Shown here piece after piece: positions 25,947 through 38,255 of a stretch of DNA of 64,000 nt (its first letter is position 1; the number at the start of each line of letters is the position of its first letter). The stretch is taken from assembly GCA_951406725.2 (NCBI GenBank), contig OX597815.1, positions 194,804,001-194,868,000 of the forward strand, in the 5' to 3' direction. Both the position numbers and the translations under genes were made by a program. Below the pieces are notes generated by a model. It did no database searches, had not been told where the DNA came from, and saw only the letters and a program-made list of their open reading frames with translations. The stretch is from Octopus vulgaris (taxonomy: Eukaryota).

Positions 25947-27193
25947 CAATATACCTAATAGGTTAACCACTTATCTTACATCATTCCTAAATCATTAATC
26001 ATAGAATACTTCTTTTTCTTCACTGTCTCATAATTATCATCTCTCCTTTCTTCTTTTCTTTATTTCTCCCTCATACTCCCTGACGCATTCTCACACTCCG
26101 TTATTTTCAGTTTAATTTCACCTAAAAAGCCATTTACTTTTTATTTTCCTCTGCTATACACCTTTCACATCTTTGTATTCATAGAGCTGCTTTTTCATCA
26201 CAATAATGATCCTAAAAAAATAACACCAATCCTTGTCGACGCCATCATCATCATCATCATCATCATCATCGTCATCATCATCATCATCTTTCATCTTTTT
26301 CATTGTCATCTTCTACGTCTTCGTTTCATATTTTAAAATTCTTTCTTCTATTGTTAATTTAAAGCATTGTCTTATTACCGTCATCGTCGACATCGCTACT
26401 GTCATGGCGGTGGTGGTGGTTTTCGTACACGTAATCATGGTGGTGGTGGTGGTGGTTGTGTGGGTTATTGGTTGTCGTCGTCATCGTCGTCGTCTTCTCC
26501 AACCTCTTCTGCCTCGTTTTCCTCCTTCTCTCCTTACCTCATCCCCCTCACCTCTATTTAATCCTTATTCGACTGATACCAATACATTGTGTGGTACTGT
26601 TTTACGCCTCAGTGGAACAAAGAAAATAACGAAACAATAGAGAGTATAAAAAAATTAAAAGAAAAAAAAAATATATACAACTAAAGTAAAAAACAACAAG
26701 AAACAAAAACAATGTGGATGAAACACTCACACTTACACACACACCCGTTTAAATACACCTAAACACACACATACATACACATATATACACACGCACACTA
26801 GAGCAAGAAAAACCACCTACAAACAAACAAATAACAAAGAAACCACTGAAGTGAAATCTTTGTTTTGGTTTTATCTCTAACATTGTATACTGATCTATCG
26901 ATTGATTACAGTCCGCTGTTTGATTAATCGATCTGTTTAAGTATTTATATATTTAGTTATTTGTTATTGCTGTAGTTAAGTTACATGGTGGGGATTGATA
27001 TATAGAGAAGGCGGTAGTCGTTATTCGTAGTTGTTGTTGTAGTTGTTGTTGTTATAGTAGTTGTAGTAATTATTAGTAGTTTTTTGTTTAACCCCAGTCA
27101 CACTTGATCCACGAGACACATGATCAAAGCCGTTTCATCTACACCATTCCGTCTCATTTTAGACGTGTTTTGGAATACATTACCATATACGCT

Positions 27194-27590
27194 TTTACTC
27201 TTTTACTTGTTTCAGTCATTTGACTGCGGCCATGCTGGAGCACCGCCTTTAATCGAGCAACTCGACCCCGGGACTTATTCTTTTGTAAGCCCAGTACTTA
27301 TTCTATCGGTCTCTCTTGCCGAACCGCTAAGTAACGGGGACATAAACACACCAGCATCGGTTGTCAAGCAATGCTAGGAGACAAACAAACACACAAACAC
27401 ACACATATATATATATACATATATACGACGGGCTTCTTTCAGTTTCCGTCTACCTAATCCACTCACAAGGCTTTGGTCGGCCCGAGGCTATAGTAGAAGA
27501 CACTTGCCCAAGGTGCCACACAGTGGGACTGAACCCGGAACCATGTGGTTGGTAGACAAGCTACTTACTACACAGCCACTCCTGCGCCTA
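27194..27590 (-). mobile_element. Full-length SINE family B (CORE-like)
   Basis: tRNA head, gtggcaccttgggcaagtgtc core, internal microsatellite, tail ggcggtgctccagcatggccgcagtcaaatgactgaaac. Confidence 0.93.
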
Positions 27591-27703
27591 TGTATACTTT
27601 CTGTGTTTTCTAATGATACAATGAGATTTGAAGAAGATTTGACAGTTATTTCTAGCTGTTGAGCGACCTAGTAGAAGCTTTTGAATTTAGTAGTGGTAGT
27701 AGT

Positions 27704-27952
27704 GGAGGCGCTTCTCTTAGTGGTTAGGGTGTCAGCATCATGGTCGTAAGATTGTGGTTTCGATTCCTGGACCGGGCGACGCGTTGTGTTCTTGAGCAAA
27801 ACACTTCATTTCACGTTGCTGCAGTCCAGTCAGCTGACAAAAATGAGTAACGCTGCGATAGACTAGCGTCCCATCCAGCTGGGGAACACATACGATAGTG
27901 AAACCGGGAAACTGGGCTCATGAGCCTAGCTAGGTTTTAAAAGGACGCATTT
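27704..27952 (+). mobile_element. SINE with family-D body and V-like tail
   Basis: A/B boxes; body cttgagcaaaacacttcatttcacgttgct..aaatgagt; tail ctgcgatagactagcgtcccatccag. Confidence 0.82.
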
Positions 27953-27959
27953 GTTTTTA

Positions 27960-28265
27960 GTGGGGGCTCAATGGCCCAGTTGTTAGGGCAGCGGATTCGC
28001 GGTTTCGATTCCCAGACCGGGCGTTGTGTGTGTTTATTAAGCGAAAACACCTAAAGGTCCACGAGGCTCCGGCAGGGGGTGTTGGTGACCCCTGTTGTAC
28101 TCTTTCGCCCCAACTTTCTCTCACTCTCTCTTCCTGTTTCTTGAGTAACTCTGCGATGGACTGGCGTTCCGTCCAGCTGGTGGTTGGGGGGGATACATAC
28201 GCCACAGAAACCGGAAAACCGGGCCCATGAGCCTGGCTAGGCTTGAAAAGGGCGCATAAATAAAA
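27960..28265 (+). mobile_element. SINE with family-C body and V-like tail
   Basis: Family C head/body up to ttcctgtttct, then tgagtaactctgcgatggactggcgttccgtccag..gggcccatgagcctggctagg. Confidence 0.87.
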
Positions 28266-29469
28266 GAAAGTGGTAGTAGCAGCAGTAGAAGTAGTAGTTA
28301 CGAATTTCTTTCTTACAAAATCTTTAATTGTTTAGCCTTGTTATGTTGTTAGTTAAGATTTACATACTGTTTCTTCCTAGTTGTCGCGAACAATCCCGTC
28401 TCCGACTGCAATTACAAAGGTATGTGGTCGTGGAAATTATTGGAACGTGACTTTCGAAAACCAAAGTGGAGAGATGCGAAAGATTATCTCTTGAACATTC
28501 TGGATTCTTAGAACATATCATCATTATCACAGTAACTGAATCTCTGTTTTGCAATGAGTATAATCGCTGGTTATCTGCTGGATTAGACGTTTCACCGAAT
28601 CGGGACTATTGCTCATTAGATTCATTGTGTCGATATTAGGGAGCGTGTTGAACGAAAACATTTCTGAGTCCGTGTTGGGGACTGACGAATGGTTACATTT
28701 ATACATCCGTGTATACTGTCAATACTTCCGATAATGTAATGTGATTCAGACAAATATATTCCATAAACCCAACAAGAAGATAATCTTAAAAATAAAATGT
28801 TATATGGTTAGACTGATATATATGATGAGAAGATGAGAAAATCCCCAATTTTAAGCACAAAGAATCTGCGGTAGTACAACGTCGATGCTAGGGACCTGTG
28901 AGATTAACGAAAAGATTAACACAGAATTTCAATGATAAAATGTTTATAAACTGGATATTGAAGCCTCTTGGGCCGATAGAATTAGATGCATGCCATTTGA
29001 ATTTATGCTTTATAGAGCTACGATGGAAAATGCAAAACAAATTTGACCCAGGCAAATTGTGAAATAGCAGCTCTCCAAGGTAATCGAATTATGTAAAATA
29101 AAATTATCACTAGCCAATGATAGAACAGCTCACACACTGGCTCGTTATACTGGATTAGCAGACGAATGCGACTGAAAGCATATCCCGCAGTTTTAAAATT
29201 GTCAAGAACACAGTAGGTAATATTGTAGTATATTAGGTACAAAAGGCAAAATTATCATGGTTCGACCTCCTTAAATCATTGGTGTAATTGATCTGAGAGT
29301 ACGTAAGTTTAATCTCAAATCCAGTATGAAATAATGAGAACAATTCCAAGTACTGTACTATAATTTCCCCATATCGTTTTCCGTTATTAGTTTACATTAC
29401 TAAACTATTGTGGTACCATTCATAAATCAGAACTAAGACTTCAATAGTTGGGTATCTACTCTAAGGGTA

Positions 29470-29812
29470 GAAGCTCCCTTCGGTCATGAATGACCACGGA
29501 ATTGCACCTAGAAAGTTATCCTCTGAGACACAAGTCTGGGCAAGGTTGTTTATGGAAGACCAGCAGTTGCCCATGCATACCAGACTCCCCATCTCCAACA
29601 ACCGATGTTATCCAAGGGAAAGGCAAAGGTCAATACAGCATGGCACCAGTGGCGTCGCAACTCATTTCTACGGGTGAGTGAACTTGAGCAACCTGAAATA
29701 AAGTGAGCTGGTCATGATCGCAACGCACAGCCCAGTCCGGGAATTGAACTCACTACCACATGATTATGAGCCCGATGTTGTAACCACTGAGCTCTGTGCA
29801 TTCACACTTCTC
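29470..29812 (-). mobile_element. Full-length SINE family D
   Basis: Head gagctcagtggttac..gagttcaattcccgg; homologous to 4852-5140. Confidence 0.85.
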
Positions 29813-29849
29813 CACTACAAACTATATATATATATATATATATATATAA

Positions 29850-29994
29850 TTGCAGCGTGGAAGGTGTTTATAAGCCATTTAAGGAACACACAAAACCGTT
29901 AGATTCACTTCAACAGTTAAATTTAACTTGTCAAAATATTTTCGTCGCTTTGAGACCGCGACCTGTTCACTGACAAAGCTTCGTGCTGCATCTC
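29850..29994 (-). mobile_element. 145-bp (TA)n-flanked insert containing a hammerhead fold
   Basis: TA runs on both sides; complementary termini UGCAGC-AC-GAAG / CUUC-CAC-GCUGCA. Confidence 0.65.
29927..29977 (-). ncRNA. Minimal type I hammerhead ribozyme fold with G3-C8 swapped core
   Basis: UUUGUCA-GUGAACA-G-GUCGC[GGUCUCAAA]GCGAC-GAA-A[AUAU]U-U-UGACAAG. Confidence 0.75.
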
Positions 29995-30470
29995 ATATAA
30001 ATATATATATATATATTTGAACCTCTGTCACATTATATTTTATTACACTACGGAAGTAACAAAAGAAAATTTGAAGTTAGCGATATCTTTTATATTCAAT
30101 ACACAACCTGGCTAACACCACCAGTTGACTCCTGGTCGTTTCTTATGCAAGAATTCAAATTGTGTCTGAGGGATCTTCAGTATCGAAAATTCTTTCTTGC
30201 CATTGTCATTGAAGTAGTCGCTGTTTAATACATTTATCTATGGGCTCCAGAGACATATGAACAAAGGCGTATCAGCAAGAGCCATTTTTTTACCTTCTAG
30301 TGTTACCTTCGAATGCAAAATCAACTATAGACTTCCTAGTTTCTTCTAAAAGTACGGTGGGATTTGAAGAAAATTTGGCAGCCATTTCTAGCCGTCAAAT
30401 GTTCCATAGTTTAGCAGCAGTAGTAGTAGTAGTAGCAGCAGTGGTAGTAGTCGCAGCAGCAAAAACGGTA

Positions 30471-30853
30471 GGAGGCGCAATGGCCCAGTGGTTAGGGCAG
30501 TGGACTCGCGGCTGGAGAATCGCTGTTTCGATTCCCAGACCGAGCGCTGTGTGTGATTATTGAGCGAAAACACCTAAAGCACCACGAGGCTCCGGCAGGG
30601 GGGTGGGGTGGAGAACCGTGCTCTACTCTTTCACCACAACTTTCACTCACTCTTTCTTCCTGTTTCTTGTCCCCGACTTCCTACACAACCACTGATCCTG
30701 GATGCGCATTCATTCATCCGTCGATGATCTCGGTGTCGGAGGTTGACCTGCTTTCTCTTCTGCGGGTCTTACGAATAGCAAAGGACCACGTTTCGGACTT
30801 CTCCCACTACAGTGGGACGAAGACCGCTTCGCTCAACAAACAAACAAACAACC
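30471..30853 (+). mobile_element. SINE with family-C body and a different structured tail ending in (CAAA)n
   Basis: Head ggaggcgcaatggcccagtggttagg; diverges after ttcctgtttct; possible TSD aacggtag. Confidence 0.85.
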
Positions 30854-31594
30854 AACAACGGTAGTGGTAGTTGTAGATGATAACCTACTCTTTAAAATAT
30901 TACTCAGCATGACATGGCTTCTGTTATCTTCCACCATAAACTGTTTAGATTCGAATGATTCCTTGCATTGATAGTGTGTCTGATATCTTCTTGGAGAGCA
31001 TATTCAATGAAATACTGTCTCTCGTACTTGACTGGGACTTATTTTACAATTCTACAGAAAAATAAGTATCGACCATGGCAAAGTAGCGAAACTATCTATA
31101 AAATGGAAGGAAACTAAAATAACTTTGTTTTCTGTTATTTCTTTCTTTCTTTTAAAATCAAAAAAGATACATTAAATAATGTATTCGGTGGTATATTTTG
31201 CCAGGGAATAAAGACTATAATACTCATGGCTAGATTGGATTTGATCGTAGTTCTCTGCTGTCAGTCTTCATCTAAGGTTAATCCACAACATTCTCATTAT
31301 CAACAACAACAACAACAATCGCATCAAAACAATTCAACATCAACAAACACACTTGAGATCTAAAAACGATAAAGCATAATAAATGAACGAAATTAAACTG
31401 ATATAGAAAGAAATAGAAGAAATAAAGATAATATCGCCAAGCATAACAAAATCTGCAATGCAGCTGCTAATTTACACAACCTGCTAGAAATAGCAGCCCT
31501 CAAATAGCAACAACACCGTGTTTGTCTTAGAAACTGACAAGTCGTTATTGCTGTAATCTAGGTCAGACAATTTGAGTTTACATATGGCCCTAGT

Positions 31595-32374
31595 ATTTCT
31601 TATTTCTTTATTGCCTGCAAGGGGCTAAACATAGAGGGGACAATCAAAGATAGAGGTACAAAGGGATTAAGTCGATTACAGCGACCCCAGTGTGTAATTG
31701 GTACATAATTTATCGACCCCGAAAGGATGAAAGGCAAAGTCGACCTCGGCGGAATTTGAACTCATAACGTAAAGACAGACGAAATACCTATTTCTTTACT
31801 ACCCACAACGGGCTAAACACACAGGGGACAAACAAGGACAGACAAACGGATTAAGTCGATTACATCGACCCCAGTGCGTAACTGATGCTTAATTTATCGA
31901 CCCCGAAATAATGGAAGGCAAATTCGACCTCGGCGGAATTTGAACTCAGAACGTAATGGCAGACGAAATATCTATTTCTTTACTACCCACAAGGGGCTAA
32001 ACATAGAGAGGACAAACAAGAACAGACAAACGGATTAAGTCGATTATATCGACCCCAGTGCGTATATCAACCCCAAAAGGATGAAAAGCAAAGTCAACGT
32101 CGGCGGAATTTGAACTCAGAAAATAGCGGCAGACGAAATACCTATTTCTTTATTATCCACAAGGGGCTAAACACAGAGGGGACAAACAAGGACAGACATA
32201 GGTATTAAGTCGATTACATCGACCCCAGTGCGTAACTGGTACTTAATTTATCGACCCCGAAAGGATGAAAGGTAAAATCGACCTCGGCGGAATTTGAACT
32301 CAGAATGTACCGGCAGACGAAATACCGCTGAGCATTTCGCCCGGTGTGCTGACGATTCTGCCAGCTCGCCGCCT
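31595..32374 (-). mobile_element. SINE family A concatemer: head plus 4 units
   Basis: gaaata unit starts at 31781, 31965, 32135 and 32319 (periods 184, 170, 184). Confidence 0.93.
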
Positions 32375-33157
32375 TCTCCTAGCATTTCTAGCTGGAAACA
32401 TCCCTTTATCTTGTGTGCAGAGAAACTAGGTACATATTAATGAAAGCTTTCTTCTCTAAGACAGTAGGCTGTGATTTCAGACAGATTTGGCTGCTCTGTT
32501 TATCAGACTCAGCTAGGCTTACTCAGAGCGTAGAAAAGAACTATATGGTACCGAACACATAAAGTACAGAATAATTCTGTGTAGGTTATCTTTGATCGTT
32601 GATGTTTCCGAATGCGGACCACTTGGTAATGAACATGTGCTTTTAAACGTGTGCTTTTCTGTGCAGGAAAGGTAGAGGTTGAAGCGGCACCATTAGGAGG
32701 AACAGTAGTAGCCAAACCAAGAATAGAAACAGTAAGAAGGGGCCGCAGAAGCATTAGTACTTTCAGCTTCGGTATCATGTGTCTGGCAATGTTCCGAAGT
32801 CTACGCCATATCAGATGGAAAATCTAATTCCGATGAAGTTTTCATACGGAAATATTGGAAATGCTTGAGTGAATATCAATAATGTTGATATTATGTTGTT
32901 GTTGTTCATATTGCTGATATTGATTAGCTGCAGGCCAGGCATGATCGAATAAACGAAAGATCAAAGATATTCCAGATGTGAACATCTTGTTTTGGCTTCC
33001 AGGCATAGGCTATCTCTGAATGTATTATCCAATTTGTGAGAAGAGGGCGATTTGGGTGTTATTTCTAGCAGGTCGACTGGCCACATAGAAGGTTCTCCGT
33101 TGTTGTTGTTTAGTTTTATTACGGCGACACAAATTTGATGTTGTAAGAGACTTTCTC

Positions 33158-33515
33158 TTTTACTCTCTGCTGGAGCACCGCCTTTAGTTGAGCAAATCGA
33201 CCCCAGGACTTATTCTTTGTAAGCCTAGTACTTATTCTATCGGTCACTTTTGCCGAACCACTAAGTTACGGGGACGTAAACACACCAGCATCGGTCGTCA
33301 AGCGATGTTGGGGGACAAACACAGACACACAAACATATACACAAACATACATATAGATATACATATATACGACAGGCTTCTTTCAGTTTCCGTCTACTAA
33401 ATCCACTCACAAGGCTTTGGTCGGCCCGAGGCTATGCAGAAGACACTCGCCCAAGGTGCCACGCAGTGGGACTGAACTCGGAACCATATGGTTCGTAAGC
33501 AAGCTACTTACCACA
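33158..33515 (-). mobile_element. SINE family B
   Basis: Matches 27194-27590. Confidence 0.9.
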
Positions 33516-33802
33516 AATATATAATCAAAACATCTTCATTGTATTAATGGAGACAGAACTGACGCTATTCTATAGCCATAGGTCAAACCTAAATCGGCCG
33601 AAAGATGATTTAAAGAAAATATAACTACTATTTCTAGCATTCATTAAAACAACATACAATAATCTATGGATATTGATTCAATATTTTGGCCTTGTACCGA
33701 AGTTAGAAATCAATATTGCCTATATTTTTTTCGGTAGAAATCTCCGTAAGACATTTGAAGAAATTAATTGGAAATTTTTATGTTAGTCTATAACAGACAC
33801 AG

Positions 33803-34165
33803 ACGTGGCTGTGTGGTAACGAAGTTTGCGGGTTCAGTTCCACTGCATGACAGATTGGGCAAGTATCTTTTACTATAGCCTCGAGCAAAACAGATTGTGA
33901 ATGAATTTCGCAGACGGAAACGGAAAGAAGCCCGTCGTATATATATGTATATATGTGTATGTATGTGTGTGTGTTTATGTGTCTGTGTTTGTCCCCCCCA
34001 CAACATCGCTTGACAACCGATGCTTGTTCGGCAAAAGAGTCCAATGGAGTAAGTATTAGGCTTACAAACTTACAAAGAATAAGTCCTGGGGGCGATTTGC
34101 TCAACTAAAGGCGTTCCTCCAGCATGGCCACAGCCAAATGACTGAAACAAGTATAAGAGTATATG

Positions 34166-34196
<31 letters not shown>

Positions 34197-34330
34197 TTGC
34201 GTGTGTGTGTGTGTTTGAGAAAAGATAGAATAAGTCCCAGGCTTAAAAACTGACACAAGTAAAAATTTTCGAAGGCGGCTCTCCACCATGGTCGCAATCC
34301 AATGACTTAAACAAGTAAAAGATAAAAGAC
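33803..34330 (+). mobile_element. SINE family B with deletions, plus a second tail fragment
   Basis: gtggctgtgtggtaa..gacggaaac..ctccagcatggccacagccaaatgactgaaac. Confidence 0.82.
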
Positions 34331-35415
34331 CTATTAACAATACATCAATCAATAACTGCATCAAAACGATTGGAGAGCATCATGAAGATTATAGTTTCCG
34401 ACTCTATAACATCGATGTTCTTTCATTTGCTTCTAAAAATTATGTCTTGGTTAATGTATCTCGTGTGTAGAACTTTCTAGAATTGGAAGAACTGATCAAT
34501 TGTTAAAGCAATGATCCGATTATATGTGCACATTGTTGAAATTAGAACTAAGAGAATCGATTATGACCGGCAGTCTTTTAGTAAAATATAGAATATTTAA
34601 CTCTCTATTATCGAAAATTTTCTTAAAATGGTGTTATTTGTGGGGGATGTAGCGGTTTTTTCTTTCTTGAAATAACAATCTCATTTATCGATTCCCTGTG
34701 TAGGCCGCAACTACACCGACGCTTGGTTTATTAATACATCAGGATCTGTCATCTGTGTTTTTATTGTGGAGCATATGGTAGTCTAGTAGACTGGGCATTA
34801 TAAGTGTTACGGTGATTATTTAATCCCCACTCATCCGTCACTGAACAAACATTTAGTTTAATATGCACTTCCTTTGATAAATCAACAGAAAAAAAAAACA
34901 ATTTCAATGATATTTGGCTGCTATCTCTAGCAGGTGAAACAACTAGTTAAACATCCAATATTTACTCATCCTGTGTCCCAGTGGGAGAAACTTGTAAACT
35001 TTTATATGAACCACAAATGTCCCTGAGAAATGCATCTAAGTCACAGAATCTTATTCATTTCGGTCAATTTCTGCAAACTTTCGTTCTTGTTTCTAAGAAA
35101 AAAAAAATCGATATTTCTTCGGTTGCTATTCAATAATCTCTTCAGATAATCAACCACAATCGCTGTAGCAACTGTAGTGGAATTTAAGTTAGGAACTCCA
35201 GGAATAATATTAGCATTAACCTCAGTAACACTTATGATAATATTGATATTCGAAGAAGCAATAGTGCCGATGTCAATATTCAGATAAACACCCAGTACAC
35301 CGCACGAACTCGTTGTTCGACAGCAGTGACTCAAATTAGCCAAAGAGAAGATTAATGCGGTCGATAGACCTGGTAGAAATAACAACCAAATGTCTTTCGG
35401 ATTATGCACAACTGG

Positions 35416-36220
35416 GGGCGGCGAACCGGCAGAAACGTTAGCACGCTGGGCGAAATGCTCAGCGGCATTTCGTCTGTCTTTATGTTCTGAGTTCAAATTC
35501 CGCCGAGGTCGATTCAACAGGCGGCGAGCTGGCAGAAACGTTAGCACGCCGGGCGAGATGCCTGGCGGTATTTCGTCTGCCGCTACGTTCTGAGTTCAAA
35601 TTCCACCGAGGTCGACTTTGCCTTTCATCCTTCTGGGGGTCGATAAATTAAGTACCAGTTACGCACTGGTGTCGATGTAATCGACTTAATACCTATGTCT
35701 GTCCTTATTTGTCCTCTCTGTGTTTGGCCCCTTGTGGGTAGAAAAGAAATAGGTATTTCGTCTGCTTCTACGTTCTGAGTTCAAATTCTGCCGAGATTGA
35801 TTTCGGCGGCGTTCTGGCAGAAACGTTATCACGCCAGACGAAATACTCAGCGGCATTTCGTCTGCCGTTACGTTCTGAGTTCAAATTCCGCCGAGGTCGA
35901 CTTTGCCTTTCATCCTTTCGGGGTCGATTAAATAAGTACCAGTTACACACTGCGGTCGATATAATCGACTTAATCCGTTTGTCTGTCCTTGTTTGTTCCC
36001 TCTGTGTTTAGCCTCTTGTGGGTAGTAAAGAAATAGGTATTTCGTCTGCCGCTACGTTCTGAGTTCAAATTCCGCCGAGGTCGACTTTGCCTTTCCTCCT
36101 TTCGTGGTCGATTAAATAAGTATCAGCTGCGCACTGGGTCGATACAATGGACTTAATCCGTTTGTCTGTCCTTGTTTGTCCCCTCTGTGTGTAGCCCCTT
36201 GTGTGCAGTAAAGAAATAAG
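35416..36220 (+). mobile_element. Complex SINE family A multimer (3 heads, 3 tails)
   Basis: Heads at about 35416, 35521 and 35805; junctions gaaataggtatttcg at about 35746 and 36030. Confidence 0.9.
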
Positions 36221-37096
36221 ATTACGCCCAACTGTCTTTAGAAAAGAAAAATAGAACATATTGGATAATATTGAGCGTGATAAACTACGCTTGTTGGTAA
36301 TGACAATATTTGAAACGATGTTCGTTGCACCAGGCTTGCCCTTGGTCTAAACAGCAACACTGATAGAAATGATTTAGTTATAAATATCACGATACCAGTT
36401 TTATATAGCCTATGTCTAATATTTTAATATATTCATGTCTAAAATAAACATAAGGTGATGCATTAAGTCGATTATATAATTAACATTACCTTGGCAAATA
36501 CTTACATCGATCATAGAAACATGAAATTAAAATCTACCTTCGCAATACCTGATCGATGAACCCAAGGTATTTACATAATCGCTCTAACGATTATGCCAAT
36601 TTCTTTCCTTTCTACTTATCTTATTCTTAACTAACATGCAATATCACTATTAATCTCTCACGACTGGTTATCAAGATGTACAATGATTATCTAAATCCAT
36701 TTTTCGTGTCCATGTTGTTGCGATTAGACATAGATATAATCCCGAACACACTTCAAAACCCAACGGGACTTCCAATATTTAACAAGCTGGAAGGGGAAAG
36801 AGTTATCGTCCGAATAGTTGATTTAACATTTATTTCATCGGCTCTATATATGACCTCGGTGTAATTTAAACCCAGCAGGTTAAGAGCCTGTCTGGCTCTT
36901 TCAATTTTAGAAAAGGGTAGATGATATGCTGGAATATCTAGTAGAGTTACAAACCAAATCCCTTGTGATAATTGATTTCGAATTTCGCAGTGGTTGAGGT
37001 TGCTTTCACAATACTAGAGTAGATTGGGTTTTATGTGGTGCTTATCAAAGTGCAATAACCATTGAAGTATGCTTATACACTATTTATTCTTTCAAA

Positions 37097-37312
37097 AAGT
37101 CGGCGAGCTGGCAGAAACGTTAGCACGCCGGGCGAAATGCTTGGCTGTCTTTCGTCTGTCTTTACGTTCTGAGTTCAAATTCCGCCGAGGCCGACTTTGC
37201 CTTTCATCCTTTCGGGGTCGATAAATTAACTACCAATTGCGTACTGGGGTAGATCAAATCGACTGGCCCCTCTCCCAAGATTCCAGGCCTTGTGCCTAGA
37301 GTAGAAAAGAAT
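37097..37312 (+). mobile_element. SINE family A, short tail
   Basis: cggcgagctggcagaaacg..caggccttgtgcctagagtagaaaag. Confidence 0.9.
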
Positions 37313-38255
37313 ACTAGAGTGGATTCAATACTTGATTTCTGTGCTTAAGAAAAGGAAAATTAAGATATTCTCTTCTAGGATAATTTAATTAGCAGGAACC
37401 ATGATGCCTTACATTTACACCCCGACTCTCGATCGTCGGGTTTATATTTTTGATCATTTGATCATACAGAGGGAAAATATTTTGGTTTGAGACTTTCATT
37501 ACATTCCTATAAAAACTCGATCTCGCAATTATTTGATAGATATTCAGATATATTAAAGATTCAGAGAATCGTAAATTGTGAGTTCCAAGAAAACATTTAA
37601 ATTCTAGAATTTGTGTTTATTCTATACTCTGTGATCTAAACTGAAATTCTACTTCGGCCGACTCGAAACTACCTGTTATACGAAGCTGATTTAATCAATA
37701 CTTACCAATTCCCTGCAGGTAAGTATAGAATAATGCTGAACTATTCTCTAGTCAAAACAATTGAATACATTCTTCAGAAAAACCATCTTGTTATCTTTCG
37801 CTGGTAATATTTAGTTACTTCATAAGATAAACAATAGATAATTGAATGTCGTATATTATCGTTTGAGAGCAAACATACAATTAATGTTTCAAATGCTATA
37901 GACGTACATTTTGTTACATACAGAAGTTGAATCAATGCCGTCTGCATTTACATAAGATTAAAACAAATACATTAAACGTTATAATTATTAATAATAAGGA
38001 TATTGCATTTTTGCAAAGGCAACAAAACATATATTTATAGGAGATAAAGAATGGGATACAACTGATGTATCTGCGTTCCTTTCGAAATCCATAGAGTGTT
38101 ACGGTATCTCATATTTGTAATATCAAAAGTGGTGAGTTGACGAAATTGTTAAAGCGTCAGAAGAAATACCTTGTGATATTTGATCCGGTTTTTACGTCCG
38201 AGTTCAAATGCTTGTCATATTCCCAGGGTCAATAAAATACAATATCGATGATGGA

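Noticed and set aside
32509-32778. Faint FGF8-like look of HVHYQ..ELFC
   Set aside because: The spacing is too short and no downstream FGF exons were seen
35041-35547. 168-aa ORF
   Set aside because: Starts in SINE sequence and continues through decayed trinucleotide repeats
37608-37724. Strong donor cag|gtaagt
   Set aside because: All three upstream frames are closed from the nearest acceptor, so there is no support for a coding exon
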